Below are positions 1-11,712 of a DNA stretch of 64,000 nucleotides, in pieces; the first letter of the stretch is position 1, and the number at the start of each line of letters is the position of its first letter. A program made the position numbers and the translations under genes. Under the pieces are notes generated by a model. The model was not told the DNA's origin and did no database searches. It worked only from the letters and a program-made list of their open reading frames with translations. Where the stretch lies: assembly GCF_001194135.2 (NCBI RefSeq), contig NC_068989.1:2156019-2220018 (forward strand). Reading direction: 5' to 3'. The DNA is from Octopus bimaculoides (taxonomy: Eukaryota).

Positions 1-57
<57 letters not shown>

Positions 58-518
58 ATGTATGTATGTATGTACGTATGTATGTATTCACACACACACT
101 CATACACACATATACTTGCACAAACTGATATACGCTGTTGTGTAAGGCAAAGAAAGAGGGCGCTAATATATGCTTACTAATGAACGCGTGTATCTTTGCA
201 AACCAGTATTTATGGATATTAATGTACGCGGTATGAGTATACAACTAGATGTATGTAGGCAGGTACGATTACAAACATTTCCTTGTATAAATGTTTTTGT
301 ATCTGAAGCGGGAGTCTCGCGTGCATTATATGAAAACGACAATTTCTTGTTAATCCCACATTTGAAAGGTATTTAGATTAAGTATCAAGAGAGAAGTGCA
401 CTGAAACGTGATATGAGGATTAAAATTCCACTCCACGAAGAAATACCTTTCTCCATCATACAATTCGCACACACTGTCACAGAACCACACAAATATACAT
501 GAACACATGAACACACAG

Positions 519-549
<31 letters not shown>

Positions 550-709
550 CGCACGCATATGCACAAACACACACGCACACTCTCACACACACAATTTCTC
601 TTATCAATCCACTCACATAAAAATAGATATTTACAATCATATATTTTTGACATACAATTCCCACACATGTATATATGTGTATATATGTGTATATATATAT
701 ATATGTGTA

Positions 710-748
<39 letters not shown>

Positions 749-775
749 NNNNNNNNNNNNNNATATATATGTGTA

Positions 776-814
<39 letters not shown>

Positions 815-820
815 GCATAC

Positions 821-871
<51 letters not shown>

Positions 872-953
872 CATATATACATATATGTATATGCACACAC
901 ATATGTATATGCACACACACATGTAGGTATAAATATATGTATGTATATATATA

Positions 954-987
<34 letters not shown>

Positions 988-1075
988 ATATATAATATAT
1001 ATTTATATGCATATATGTAGATTCATATTTATATTCATATATACATACACACACATTTGTATATTAATATACACA
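1..1075. repeat. Compound (TA)n/(TG)n/(CA)n/(TATG)n microsatellite field with small N-gap
   Basis: Direct dinucleotide and tetranucleotide runs. Overlapping ORFs (IYIY, HTHT, CVCV) are translations of these repeats. Confidence 0.95.
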
Positions 1076-1507
1076 CTCTCTCATACACACAAATATTTAA
1101 ATATGCATATTAGATAGTATGTCATGCTTTGGTGTAGTAATGTTTTATCAGATATTTTCGACTCAGTATCCAGATTACTATCCTACTCTTATAAACGTAT
1201 TGCATTATAACCGTATTATCCGAACAGAGAGAGTCTAGTTTGTTAATAACATGACAAGTATAACATTGGAGTTATCACGAAAGCATTTGCTGACATTTCG
1301 AATGCGTTTAATATGTATGTTCTAAGTGGTTCCGTAATAAAATGTTACGTAGGTAAAATTCTTTTCAGTCGTAACAAGAAGAAATGTTATGTTTGTCTCT
1401 ATGCCTCGTAGAATAGATAAGAAAAGTTGCACAAAACCAGATAAAAATGCTGAAAGAAAGAAATATGTTTTACAGCTATCCAAAATAAAGGGTCTGAGCA
1501 TTGTTTG

Positions 1508-1652
1508 GATTGACTTTGCCTTTCATCCTTTCGGGGGTCGATAAATTAAGTACCAGTTACGCACTGGGGTCGATCTAATCGACTTAATCTGTTTGTCTGT
1601 CCTTGTTTGTCCCCTCTATGTTTAGCCCCTTGTGGACAATATAGAAATAAGA
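1508..1652 (+). mobile_element. SINE family A, 5'-truncated copy with variant tail
   Basis: Core GACTTTGCCTTTCATCCTTTCGGGG(G)TCGATAAATTAAGTACCAGTT...GGGGTCGATCTAATCGACT is shared with at least 10 other copies in the window. Confidence 0.85.
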
Positions 1653-1850
1653 AACGTTAGCACGTTGGGCGAAATGCTTAGCAGTATTTGGTCTATCTTT
1701 ACGTTCTGAGTTCAAATCCTGCCGAGGTACAGTTTGCCTTTCATCCTTTCGGGGTCGATAAATTAAGTACCAGTTGAGTACAGGGGTCGATTTAATCGAC
1801 TGGCACCTTCCCCCCAAATTTCGGGCCTTGTGCCTGGAGTAGAGACGAAT
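1653..1850 (+). mobile_element. SINE family A copy, tandem to the previous copy
   Basis: CGTTAGCACG..GGGCGAAATGCTTAGC head, B-box-like GAGTTCAAATCC, shared core, tail AAATTTCGGGCCTTGTGCCT.GAGTAGA. Confidence 0.9.
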
Positions 1851-1924
1851 GTGTACTGGAAAACAAAGCCACAATTCGATAAAAACCGAACGTATATCGA
1901 TAACTGAATGCTTTCGTTATTATA

Positions 1925-1992
1925 TCTATGATCCTGCATAGTTTGCTTTCTTTCTCAATTAAGACTATGTCTGGCTTCCTATTCTCTATCTT
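1925..1992 (-). mobile_element. Tiny fragment of an RLE-type non-LTR retrotransposon (R4/Dong/NeSL-like endonuclease motif)
   Basis: Translates KIENRKPDIVLIEKESKLCRIID, matching the (R/K)PD-x(12-14)-D restriction-like endonuclease motif. It abuts a long (ATT)n tract. Confidence 0.65.
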
Positions 1993-2026
1993 ATTATTAT
2001 TATTATTATTATTATCATCATCATCA

Positions 2027-2110
<84 letters not shown>
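1992..2110. repeat. (ATT)n/(ATC)n trinucleotide microsatellite
   Basis: Direct observation. Confidence 0.95.
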
Positions 2111-2112
<2 letters not shown>

Positions 2113-2296
2113 ATGTATGTAAATGCATATATATCTGTGTGTTTGTATATTTACCATTTTATGTATTTCTACCGTTGTGCTTATCTTGTCTTTCTTTCTA
2201 CCAGATTAAATGAATGTTGTTCAAACCACTAATTTTCATAATATATATATATTTACGTACAGAAATATACTAAGCGTGCAAAACACCCACACTGCA

Positions 2297-2390
<94 letters not shown>

Positions 2391-2934
2391 GCACACACAG
2401 CATGTATAATACACCCCAAAATGTGTATTTACAGCTATCCAAATTTATTTGTGAGCTTATGCACACTTTAGAATTACTTATCAATTCTCACTGTGTGTGT
2501 ATCTGGTGGGGTGTGCGCATAATTTGCTCATTTACAAGTCCATATTATTCGAAAGATTTTGTTATTTAATGATATGTTGTTTGCACTGTGCTTTTGATTG
2601 TAAGTTCCTCCCGTCTTCCGAGAGTTTATAAAATAATTTTAATAACGTCTCGTTATTTACAATGTCTTTGATAAATGTATTTCATAACATTTAATAGCAT
2701 TTGCTGTTTTGTGTTATGCTGCGAATGTGATTGGTTCGTTTTTCGTGTTCTTTGTTTGGTAAAGTCGTTATCTCTGTAGTTTCAAATTTGTTGTATGGGG
2801 ACAGATTGTGTATGTTTTCTCTTTTCGAAATATGAACAAAAGAAACTTTGAAATAATATGTCATCAATCTTTTCCTTAATGGATTATGTTTCAAAACGAA
2901 GTTATTACAGACACACAATCATAATGATATCTGT

Positions 2935-3179
2935 TGTCTCTTGTCTTTTATTTCTGTCAGTCATTTGGCTGCGGTCATGCTGGGGCACCGCCTTGAAGAG
3001 TTTTAGTCGAACAAATAGACCCCAACACTTATTGCCTTTTGTTTTGTTTTAAACCTAGTACTTATTTTATCGTACTTTTTTCGAACCGTTGTTACAGGGA
3101 CGTAACCACACCAGCACCGATTGTCAAGTGTTGGTGGGGACAAACAAACACACACACAGACATATACACACGCACACGC

Positions 3180-3277
<98 letters not shown>

Positions 3278-3326
3278 CTTTCAGTTTCTGTCTACCAAAT
3301 CCACTCATAAGGCTTTGGTCAACCCG
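2935..3326 (-). mobile_element. SINE family B, head truncated, internal (CA)n
   Basis: Reverse complement of tail GGTGCCCCAGCATGACCGCAGCCAAATGACTGA, body TTACGTCCCTGTAAC..CGGTTCG, and GGATTTGGTAGACAGAAACTGAAAGAAG. Confidence 0.9.
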
Positions 3327-3573
3327 TCAAATGCTATGCGTGGAGTTTCGTTCAATACTGATGCAGAATTGAGAGCTTGGTTGGATCAATTTTTCGAGTC
3401 GAAATGTGATGATTTCTACCAACGAAGTATTGAAAATCTTGTTGAACGTTGGGAAGAAGTTGTAAAGAACAAGGGTGAATACATTATTGATTAATTAGTT
3501 GTTATTTTTCATTAAACCTTTTTAAAAAATTAAATTTATAAAAAACGGCGGGAACTTAGATTCCAACGCGATA
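3327..3573 (+). mobile_element. Mariner (DD34D-type) transposon 3' end: transposase C-terminus plus right TIR
   Basis: NAMRGVSFNTDAELRAWLDQFFESKCDDFYQRSIENLVERWEEVVKNKGEYIID* is a typical mariner C-terminus. It ends ...GAACTTAGATTCCAACGCGATA followed by TA. Confidence 0.85.
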
Positions 3574-4351
3574 TATAAAGCTGGTCTGATTGTGATTTGA
3601 AAGTGTTTGATCAGGGCATGATTAATCAGAATATGATTGATTATGATTGCTTTGCTCCTAAGAACTTCACCACTGCTACCAGCAATAACCACAAGCATTA
3701 TCACAATGTTGACGAGATTGTGAAACTGTGCCATTTAGAAGTTTTCTATAAACCAAAGTCTACCATAATGAAAATATACTAGTATTTTAATTCTGATTGC
3801 GACATCACCTTTAAACCATCGTCAACAGATTTAACACCATTATACCACTACACCAATCAAGATAAAAATCTTTTCTACTATGATACAGAGAATAATCTCT
3901 GAAGAGAAGGTCTTTAATCATATTATGGCCTGGCCACTAAGGTGAATTAATGTCTGTGATTTAAAAAATAAATATGGTGTTGTTTATTTCTTAATTGCGT
4001 TGTATTGGTTTTATAAATGATTAAAATAATATATACTTGGCACTGATTTATGTTGTTGTATATTATTATTACCAATATTAATGAAAAAATATTACTTACC
4101 TGAAGGCAATATTTTGGGGCAGTTGAATTTCAGTATATTTACAGTAACATAAGGTTTCAGTATGCGTGTGTGTATGTGTATATATGCAATTATGTATGTA
4201 TGTATGTATGTATGTATGTATGTATGTATGTATGTATGTTTGTATGTATGTATGTATGTATGTATGTATGTATGTGTGTATGCATGTATGTATCTATTTA
4301 TGTATGAATGTATGTGTGAGATTGTATGTACGTATTTGTTGTGAGTGTATG

Positions 4352-4805
4352 TCATTATTCAGTTGTATTTTAAGACTATTTGCCAATAAAGAAAGAGCCG
4401 GTTTCTAACCCAAATCCAAGGTTCCTTCACTGGAATTTCAACAACACCAACAGATTTGTTTGTTTTGTTTTATGTATGTATTCTCATGTATATAGTTCCA
4501 TATCTAGACAAGCTCATATATATTTAAATGATAAACTTCTGGAAATTTTTAGCAGATTCTTACTGTTCCAGTGATGGATTGGATCTGCAGTCTTCGAATT
4601 AGCTTTCTTCTTTCTGGTACGGAGAAGCCTAATTTCTCAAGATTGGTATTTAAGCAGTGTGTTACATATCCCAGGGCCCCAATAATTACAGGTATAAACC
4701 TGAACTTGCAGTCTGGATAGAGTAACTGCAGATTTCTCAATAGTTCAACGTAGGTATTCTCATTTTCTACCCGCCATGTTTTCTTAAAAGGTATCAACTG
4801 GAATT
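4352..4805 (-). mobile_element. RLE-type LINE (R4/Dong/NeSL-like) C-terminus and 3' UTR, decayed
   Basis: YVELLRNLQLLYPDCKFRFIPVIIGALGYVTHCLNTNLEKLG...LQIQSITGTVRIC matches the IP-x-x-IGALG...GT-x-RI C-terminal motif. Frameshift/stop near 4550. Confidence 0.75.
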
Positions 4806-5074
4806 CATAGTTTCTCTTTTCTGTTTCACTTGTTTCCGTCATCTGACTGCGGCCATACTGGGATCACCTTGAAGAATTTTCTGTCGAACGAATTGCCTCT
4901 AGTATTTATTCTTTGTTAAGTCGGTACTTATCCTATCGGCCTACTTTTGCCGGAGCCCTAAGTTACGGGGCGTAAACATACCAACAACGGTTGTACAACG
5001 GTGGTGCTGGGGCAAACACAGACGCGCGTGCACACAGATGCACACACATGCATACGTGCACACACACGCACACG

Positions 5075-5126
<52 letters not shown>

Positions 5127-5287
5127 ACCGTATATATATATCTATATAACACGGATTTCTTTCAGTTTCTGTCCACCAAATTCACTCACATTGCTTTGGT
5201 TAACCTGGGGCTATAGTAGAAGACATTTACCCATAATGCCACGCAGTGGGACCGATCCCGGAACCATGTGATTGGGAAGCAAAGATT
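4806..5287 (-). mobile_element. SINE family B with internal (CA)/(CT) repeats
   Basis: Head and tail both match other family B copies. Confidence 0.9.
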
Positions 5288-6319
5288 TTTCAAGCTGATT
5301 ATCAAATACATTCACCAGTACGAGCACTTACCCAGTCGCTTCGAACTAAATAATTAAAAAAAAATATGCAGAATTTATAAAATAAATTTTGTAATTTACA
5401 AAATATATTCCATAATCATATTGAGAACTGTAATAGTTTGAAATTCATAATTTGTTTTAGCTTACCTTTAGCATATCGCTCGGCCATTGTGTATTGGCAA
5501 ATAAACTTTATTAAAACAGTTTATACTTGGAAATTCGAATTTAAATTACTCTATCTCTCTCTACCTCTTCTCGCTGTCTCTCTCTCTCTCTCTCGTCGTC
5601 TCAATCTCTCATTCTATTGTATCTCATTTCTCTTAATTTCTTGTTGATATCAACTTAACGAATCATCCGTTTTCTCATTTTAACCATTAAGATACCTATT
5701 ACGAGTTTCGATACCGTGGCAACTAAAATGGATAAAACAATAAAAATTACACAACAATTTTAAGAAGTCATTAATAATTTATTTGCTGTTGCTGAAAGCA
5801 ACAATGAATCAGCGGATTCTATTAAGTGCTTGTTTCTTTATTTTCCTACTTTTTTTGTTTGTTTTCTCATCAATAAAATTAAGCAGCCATTTTGACTATC
5901 ATGTATACTTACATTTTTGTCTAATTCTTTCAAGTTTAATTAATAGTGAAATTTATTGGAGTGAGATTTTTACTGTCGTCTCTAAAGAAACATTATTCTT
6001 CGGAATATTATTTTAGATGAAACCAATCCAGATGGTTCTAAATATGCCAGCCAGGTGTCCCACGATCGAATCTCACCATACAGACTTAAAAAAGGAAGTA
6101 GAAACATCAGATAATTCCATCCCGGACATACGGTTGCTTGAAAACAAGCTGAGATGGTCACTACAAGGATGACTCTGACTTTGGGCCTGAGATTCAACCT
6201 GAGATTCAACAACAAAAATAACAAATTGGTAGAGGGAATGTACAATTAGCCTGCTTCATGTGTGCTGCTACACATTTGCTTTCACTTTCCATCGTCAATA
6301 AAATAAATAACAATCATTG

Positions 6320-6580
6320 TTTAGCCCCAAGTTAACCCTAAACGGTCAGGTCTATGATCAGGGGTTCCAGTTGTGAACGTTTTGTGTTTTTCAATGAGAC
6401 ATAATACAGGGTGCGATTCAGGAGTAATTTTAGATACTATTTCTAGCAGAGGTACAGAAATAGTCATGTGATTAAAAATTTCGTAGTAAAATCACGTGAT
6501 TCCGGCTTTCACCCGACTGCACCTCGCTTTAGGCAAGAATCTTTTACTATGTATTCAGATCGAAACTTCATAAAAGGAAA
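6320..6580. mobile_element. Old degenerate SINE-like fragments (TGTTTAGCCCCAAG.. family plus a decayed family B head)
   Basis: Weak similarity to 8710-8850 and 50870-51200, and to the family B head (GGCAAG..TCTT.TACTAT). Confidence 0.4.
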
Positions 6581-6989
6581 CTGAACGGCGTTCGAACTGT
6601 AGGGTGTCTTTGTTCTGGGGCGTTTTTCAGTGACTCCCTCAATTACCACTTCTTAATCAACATTCGTATCATTCTCTTCGCAGGTAGGATTTAACCCGAA
6701 AACTAAACTTCAAAAATTGTACGCGTTTGCTTAACAAAACCCGTTCTCACGTTCCCACAATCTGCACTCTTTGCGCTATTGAGTAAGTCACCCTACAGGA
6801 AAGGCTAAAGATATTCTACTCAATGCAATTTTACAATCAACTAAGATGGCGAGGCTACGGTGAGGATAACGTAGCAAAAAAAAAAATCGCTTAGTACGCC
6901 ATCTTTGTTCAGCAGTTACAAATAGCTGAAATAAACCAATGAGACTTGAAAATGAAAGGTTGAAGGCGTTTTCCCACGTGTCAATTTAT

Positions 6990-7041
6990 TTCTGTATTTA
7001 CAGTACGCTATAGAACACGGGATACTTTTACGTGCGCCACA

Positions 7042-7044
<3 letters not shown>
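6990..7044. mobile_element. Possible Tc1/mariner-type terminal inverted repeat end
   Basis: Reverse complement reads TA-CAGTGTGGCGCACGTAAAAGTATCC, a CAGTG..AAAAGT terminus set in a (TA)n run. Partner end not found. Confidence 0.35.
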
Positions 7045-7091
<47 letters not shown>

Positions 7092-7157
7092 ATATATATA
7101 AGAGAGTATTGTAGTTCGCTAATATATATATACACATGAATATACGTATATATATTC

Positions 7158-7322
7158 TTTTATTCTTTTGTTTCAGCCATTTGACTGCGGCCATGCTGGA
7201 GACCCACCTTTAGTCGAACAAATCGACCCCCAGGACTTATTCTTTGTAAGCCTAGTACTTATTCTACCTTTCTATTTTGCTGAACCACTAAGTTACGGTG
7301 ACGTAAACACACCAACATCGTT
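7158..7322 (-). mobile_element. SINE family B 3' half
   Basis: TTTCAGCCATTTGACTGCGGCCATGCTGGAG...TAAGTTACGGTGACGTAAACACACCAAC. Confidence 0.9.
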
Positions 7323-7800
7323 GAGGATCTTCATTGAAAGTAAAGTGCTTTTGCTTTACATACTCAGCTCAGCGGATGTTAATTAGACACAAGCCATCGT
7401 CTTTCAGTCAGTTATTCTTTATTCCATCGCTTGGATCAGCTGCGTTCTTATTAACAAACATCATGCAATGAATTGGCTTCAGCTGTGAAATCTGCACCGG
7501 ATCAAGGTATCAGCGTGACAAAAGTTGATCTTGCAATGCTTTTACAACATTCAAACAAAAGACTGTTCTTGTACAGCAAACATAATGAACACGATTAAAT
7601 AATAATGATATTTAATGAAGGGAACCCTAATTGTCTATAGGTAACCTTTGTGAAGTACACAATACAAACGCAAATGATTTAAAATATTTGCTTTTCTAGT
7701 GATCTCTGCATGACACCCATTAAACCGATGATTTCCTTTTAGAGCAACATTCAGCATTTGGTTATTACCAAAGAACACTGAGTGATATTACAAAGCTGAA

Positions 7801-8005
7801 GAAAGCGGCAAGCTTGCAGAATCGTAAGAATGCCGGACAAAGGGCTTGGCAGCATCTTTAAGTTCAGAACTCAGATTTCGCCGAGACTGACTTTGTCTTT
7901 CAATCTTTCGGCGTCGATAAAATAAGTACCAGCTGAGCATTTAGGTCAATGTAATAGATTAACCCCTCACCCCTAAATTTCAGGCCTCGTGCTTATTGTA
8001 GAAAA
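7801..8005 (+). mobile_element. Full-length SINE family A with 17-bp target-site duplication
   Basis: GATATTACAAAGCTGAA at 7784-7800 and again at 8006-8022 flanks a complete A body. Confidence 0.9.
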
Positions 8006-8096
8006 GATATTACAAAGCTGAAAGATTTTCTAATGCTTCTTATAAAAACTTGTTGCAGAACACACAAAGCCAGTTTGTTAGATCATCGGAAGATGG

Positions 8097-8345
8097 ACCG
8101 TCCATCCACCTATCCATCCATCCATCCATCCATCCATCCATCCATCCATCCATCCATTTTCTGTGTCCAGTATTCCTTGAAGGATCGTGGGATTATGGTC
8201 TTCAAGCACCTCATTGACAGGGTCCTATCGGAAGCTATCGTCATTATACTTTTCGGCTGTATCCCCAAGTTTAATTAACTGAGACAAAAGATATGCAGCC
8301 ATCTTCTTTTTGGTCTACCCCAGGCCTCCTACCGGATGGATTAAT
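8097..8345 (-). mobile_element. RTE-clade LINE 3' end (Rex3/Expander-like) with (GATG)n tail
   Basis: Minus strand PSGRRP(frameshift)GRPKRRWLH is the RTE C-terminal motif. The element ends GAAAATGGATGGATGG..., the tail style of Rex3/Expander. Confidence 0.65.
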
Positions 8346-8678
8346 TCGAAGATCAGAACAGAGTCTTTTTGCATTCTGATAGTGTTTAGTACTCTGATGA
8401 TGCTGTTGATATAGAATGTTTGTTGACTTTTAGATTCAGGTCATCTGTGATCGAAGATGCCTGTAGACCATGACTCTTCAGCCTTGGTCCTTTCGGTTAG
8501 GGTTAGGCTTATCCAGGGTTATAGTATCTAACGTAGTTTTAAAATAAAGACTGTGATTTGAAGACGGTTTGATTGTCAATTCTAGTTGGTTGAGCGAGCA
8601 TGTAGAAGTTCTATCATAATGTTGTTGCTGTTGTTGCATTTCTGTTGTTGCTATTGTTGTTGTAGTGGTGGTGGTGGT

Positions 8679-8710
<32 letters not shown>

Positions 8711-10034
8711 TGTTTAGCTTAGACTAGACTTGAACGAGGAGCCCTGAGATTACAGGCATTCAATTCATTACCATTCCACCTTTTTATTTTACCAAATCAG
8801 GTGATCTCGCATAGGCCCAAATGCTTTCTTAAGTAAAGCGATGTTTGGCCAAAAACAGAATAGAGAATTAGTTTTCGTGCTCTGAATACAATGCATCGAT
8901 CAGTCAAACAATCGATCGAAACTTATTTCGGGCATAAATCAATGATTTGAATACTTCAAGGCAGATATACATAGCAATGTGTTAATAGAATAATTTACTT
9001 CGGGTCGGCACTTTCTCACAATAACGACGTATATGTCACACGGAGAGAACTTTAGAGTGCGGAGGAATCAGCATTCTCATCCAGATGCGTTAGAGTGCAT
9101 ATTGGCTCAGGAAAAACATAAATGTTTCGATGTTTCGTCCCATTTCAACTCTTCTATAAATATTAGCACTGTAATATTCCATTTGCTTAAGTCTGTAGGA
9201 AGCCATTTTATGTCGTACATGTTTTACAACCAGTAGTTGACCTCACAAGAACTATGAATTATTTGGGAAGCTCCTAACGGACTTATCGATTGGAAGAATT
9301 GTGAAAGGGAGTTACGAGCCAGAAGCTTGGTCAGCATGTTTGCAGAAGAGAGTAGGTCCATTAAATGGAGCCAAGAGTTCAGCTGGCCGTGTTAAGACAA
9401 CGAATTCAAGTGATGTTTAACTGGGCCCAGTTTCATTCAGAGTGCTTGATCGACCAGAATTCCTGGTAAGTGACGCCTGTCCGAAGTGTCATACTTGGGA
9501 ATAACATTGGATCAAGTGACAGCATTGAGAGCTTAATAACTACACAATTACCTCCCTTAGTGCTAGCGGTATATTGCAATGATTCCCAGCATTGCATTAT
9601 TTATCTTTCTCCAGCTCTGCAGGTCTTTGTGCGCACTGAAACGAGATGAACGTCTTAATACTTGCAATCGCGTACTAATCGTACAGCAATCTCTTTGACG
9701 TTAAAAATCATACAGAGATGAATTTAAATAAATATTTATGTAAGGGTAAAATCTTATTTGATAGAATTTATTACATAGGAGATTGAAGCTTATGAATGTG
9801 CTCATTCAGGTGGAATGTTTATTTAAAGATAAAATAGAATATAAAAATACATATGTGTGTGTGTGTATGCACATACATATTTACATACACACACACACAA
9901 ACTAGTACATTGTTTTATATAAAAATACATACTAAAAGTGTATTAATTTCCTGAAATCATGCGGAATAAATACTGTATTATGTACGTATGTAGGAACACA
10001 TACACATACAAGCACAAACCAATATTGTTACATG

Positions 10035-10075
<41 letters not shown>

Positions 10076-10675
10076 NNNNNNNNNNNNNNNNNNNNNNNNN
10101 NNNNNNNNNNNNNNNNNNNNNNNNNNNNNNNNNNNNNNNNNNNNNNNNNNNNNNNNNNNNNNNNNNNNNNNNNNNNNNNNNNNNNNNNNNNNNNNNNNNN
10201 NNNNNNNNNNNNNNNNNNNNNNNNNNNNNNNNNNNNNNNNNNNNNNNNNNNNNNNNNNNNNNNNNNNNNNNNNNNNNNNNNNNNNNNNNNNNNNNNNNNN
10301 NNNNNNNNNNNNNNNNNNNNNNNNNNNNNNNNNNNNNNNNNNNNNNNNNNNNNNNNNNNNNNNNNNNNNNNNNNNNNNNNNNNNNNNNNNNNNNNNNNNN
10401 NNNNNNNNNNNNNNNNNNNNNNNNNNNNNNNNNNNNNNNNNNNNNNNNNNNNNNNNNNNNNNNNNNNNNNNNNNNNNNNNNNNNNNNNNNNNNNNNNNNN
10501 NNNNNNNNNNNNNNNNNNNNNNNNNNNNNNNNNNNNNNNNNNNNNNNNNNNNNNNNNNNNNNNNNNNNNNNNNNNNNNNNNNNNNNNNNNNNNNNNNNNN
10601 NNNNNNNNNNNNNNNNNNNNNNNNNNNNNNNNNNNNNNNNNNNNNNNNNNNNNNNNNNNNNNNNNNNNNNNNNNN

Positions 10676-10896
10676 ATAAATCGGGTATAGCTGATCATGT
10701 ATGGAAAAATGGAAACCACCTCCCCCTGTGGGATGAAGTTAAAATAATAGACAGGGAACAACACTGGAAAATACGAAAACTAAAAGAAGCAGCACATATG
10801 CTAGGACACAACAACCTCCTAAGCAGACCGAGTGCAGATATGAATAGCATATGGGAACCGGTATTGAGGAAGGATAGAAAAATAATAGATTTATAA
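10676..10896 (+). mobile_element. Penelope-like element, C-terminus of GIY-YIG endonuclease domain (upstream part lost in N-gap)
   Basis: KSGIADHVWKNGNHLPLWDEVKIIDREQHWKIRKLKEAAHMLGHNNLLSRPS..IWEPVL* matches the PLE EN C-terminal pattern S-x-IA-x-H...W...I(I/L)D-x-E-x-x-W-x-x-R-x-x-KEA. Confidence 0.85.
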
Positions 10897-10925
10897 GCCT
10901 TAAAATTCACCCCATAATTGCCCAC

Positions 10926-10998
10926 GGGCATATGGCGTAGTGGTTAAGAGCGCGGGCTATAACCCCAAGGTTCCGAGTTCGATTCACGGCAGCGACCT
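10926..10998 (+). mobile_element. tRNA-derived Pol III promoter cassette (not a functional tRNA)
   Basis: A-box TGGCGTAGTGG at 10933-10943 and B-box GTTCGATTC at 10977-10985. Acceptor stem does not close properly. Confidence 0.75.
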
Positions 10999-11085
10999 GA
11001 TTAATAATAGTATTAATAATAATAATAATAATAATAATATAATAACATCGTTAGGAATGAGAACCCAAGTTCGAAATTTCTCCAA

Positions 11086-11131
11086 GACACCTGACGAAGG
11101 CTGGAGGGTATATCAGCCGAAACGGTGTGTT
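11086..11131 (+). ncRNA. Minimal type I hammerhead ribozyme motif, probably inactivated, in PLE terminal repeat
   Basis: Stem I GACAC/GTGTT; CTGACGA at 11091-11097; stem II GGCTG/CAGCC; GAAA at 11119-11122; then CG-G-T where the canonical form is CG-T-H. Confidence 0.6.
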
Positions 11132-11503
11132 AACAACAAACAAGATGAGGACAAATATCCGTCAAATGTAAATAATGTAAATAATTCCTCATCTCTTAAA
11201 TATAGAACTGTATACAGATATATGTACGTATACATACATATATATCATATACAAATAGTAATCCTATTAATATGTATATCAATAATGTTCAGATATGGTA
11301 TTGTTAATGTTATTAAGAGACAGGAGCAGCAGTGTGGTTGATCAATATTCTTCTGCTGTTTAATGAGTCATCTTCAAGTTTCTGTGACATCGTGGATGAA
11401 TTGACTTTCCGTCATTCTGCGAGTCTACAAAATAAGTTACAGTAATATAATATTTCCAGGTCATTGAATAACACCATCGGATCTTTCCTGATCTGGTGTA
11501 TAT

Positions 11504-11712
11504 ATTCTTTTCTGCTCTAGGCACAAGGCCCAAAATTTTTTGGGGAGGGGTCCAGTCGATTAGATCGACTCGAATACGTAACTGGTACTTAATTTATTGA
11601 CCCCGAAAGGCAAAGCCGACCTCGGCGGAATTTAAACTCAGAACGTAAAGACAGACGAAATACCGCTAAGTATTTCGCCCGGTGTGCTAACGTTTCTGCC
11701 AGCTCGCCATCT
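11504..11712 (-). mobile_element. Full-length SINE family A with about 15-bp TSD
   Basis: TGATCTGGTGTATAT at 11489-11503 versus TGATCTGGTTTATAT at 11713-11727 (14/15 identical). Confidence 0.9.

Noticed and set aside
10926-10998. tRNA gene (also 46536-46606 and SINE A/B heads)
   Set aside because: A and B boxes are present, but acceptor stems do not close and each continues into a repeat body. These are tRNA-derived retroposon heads.
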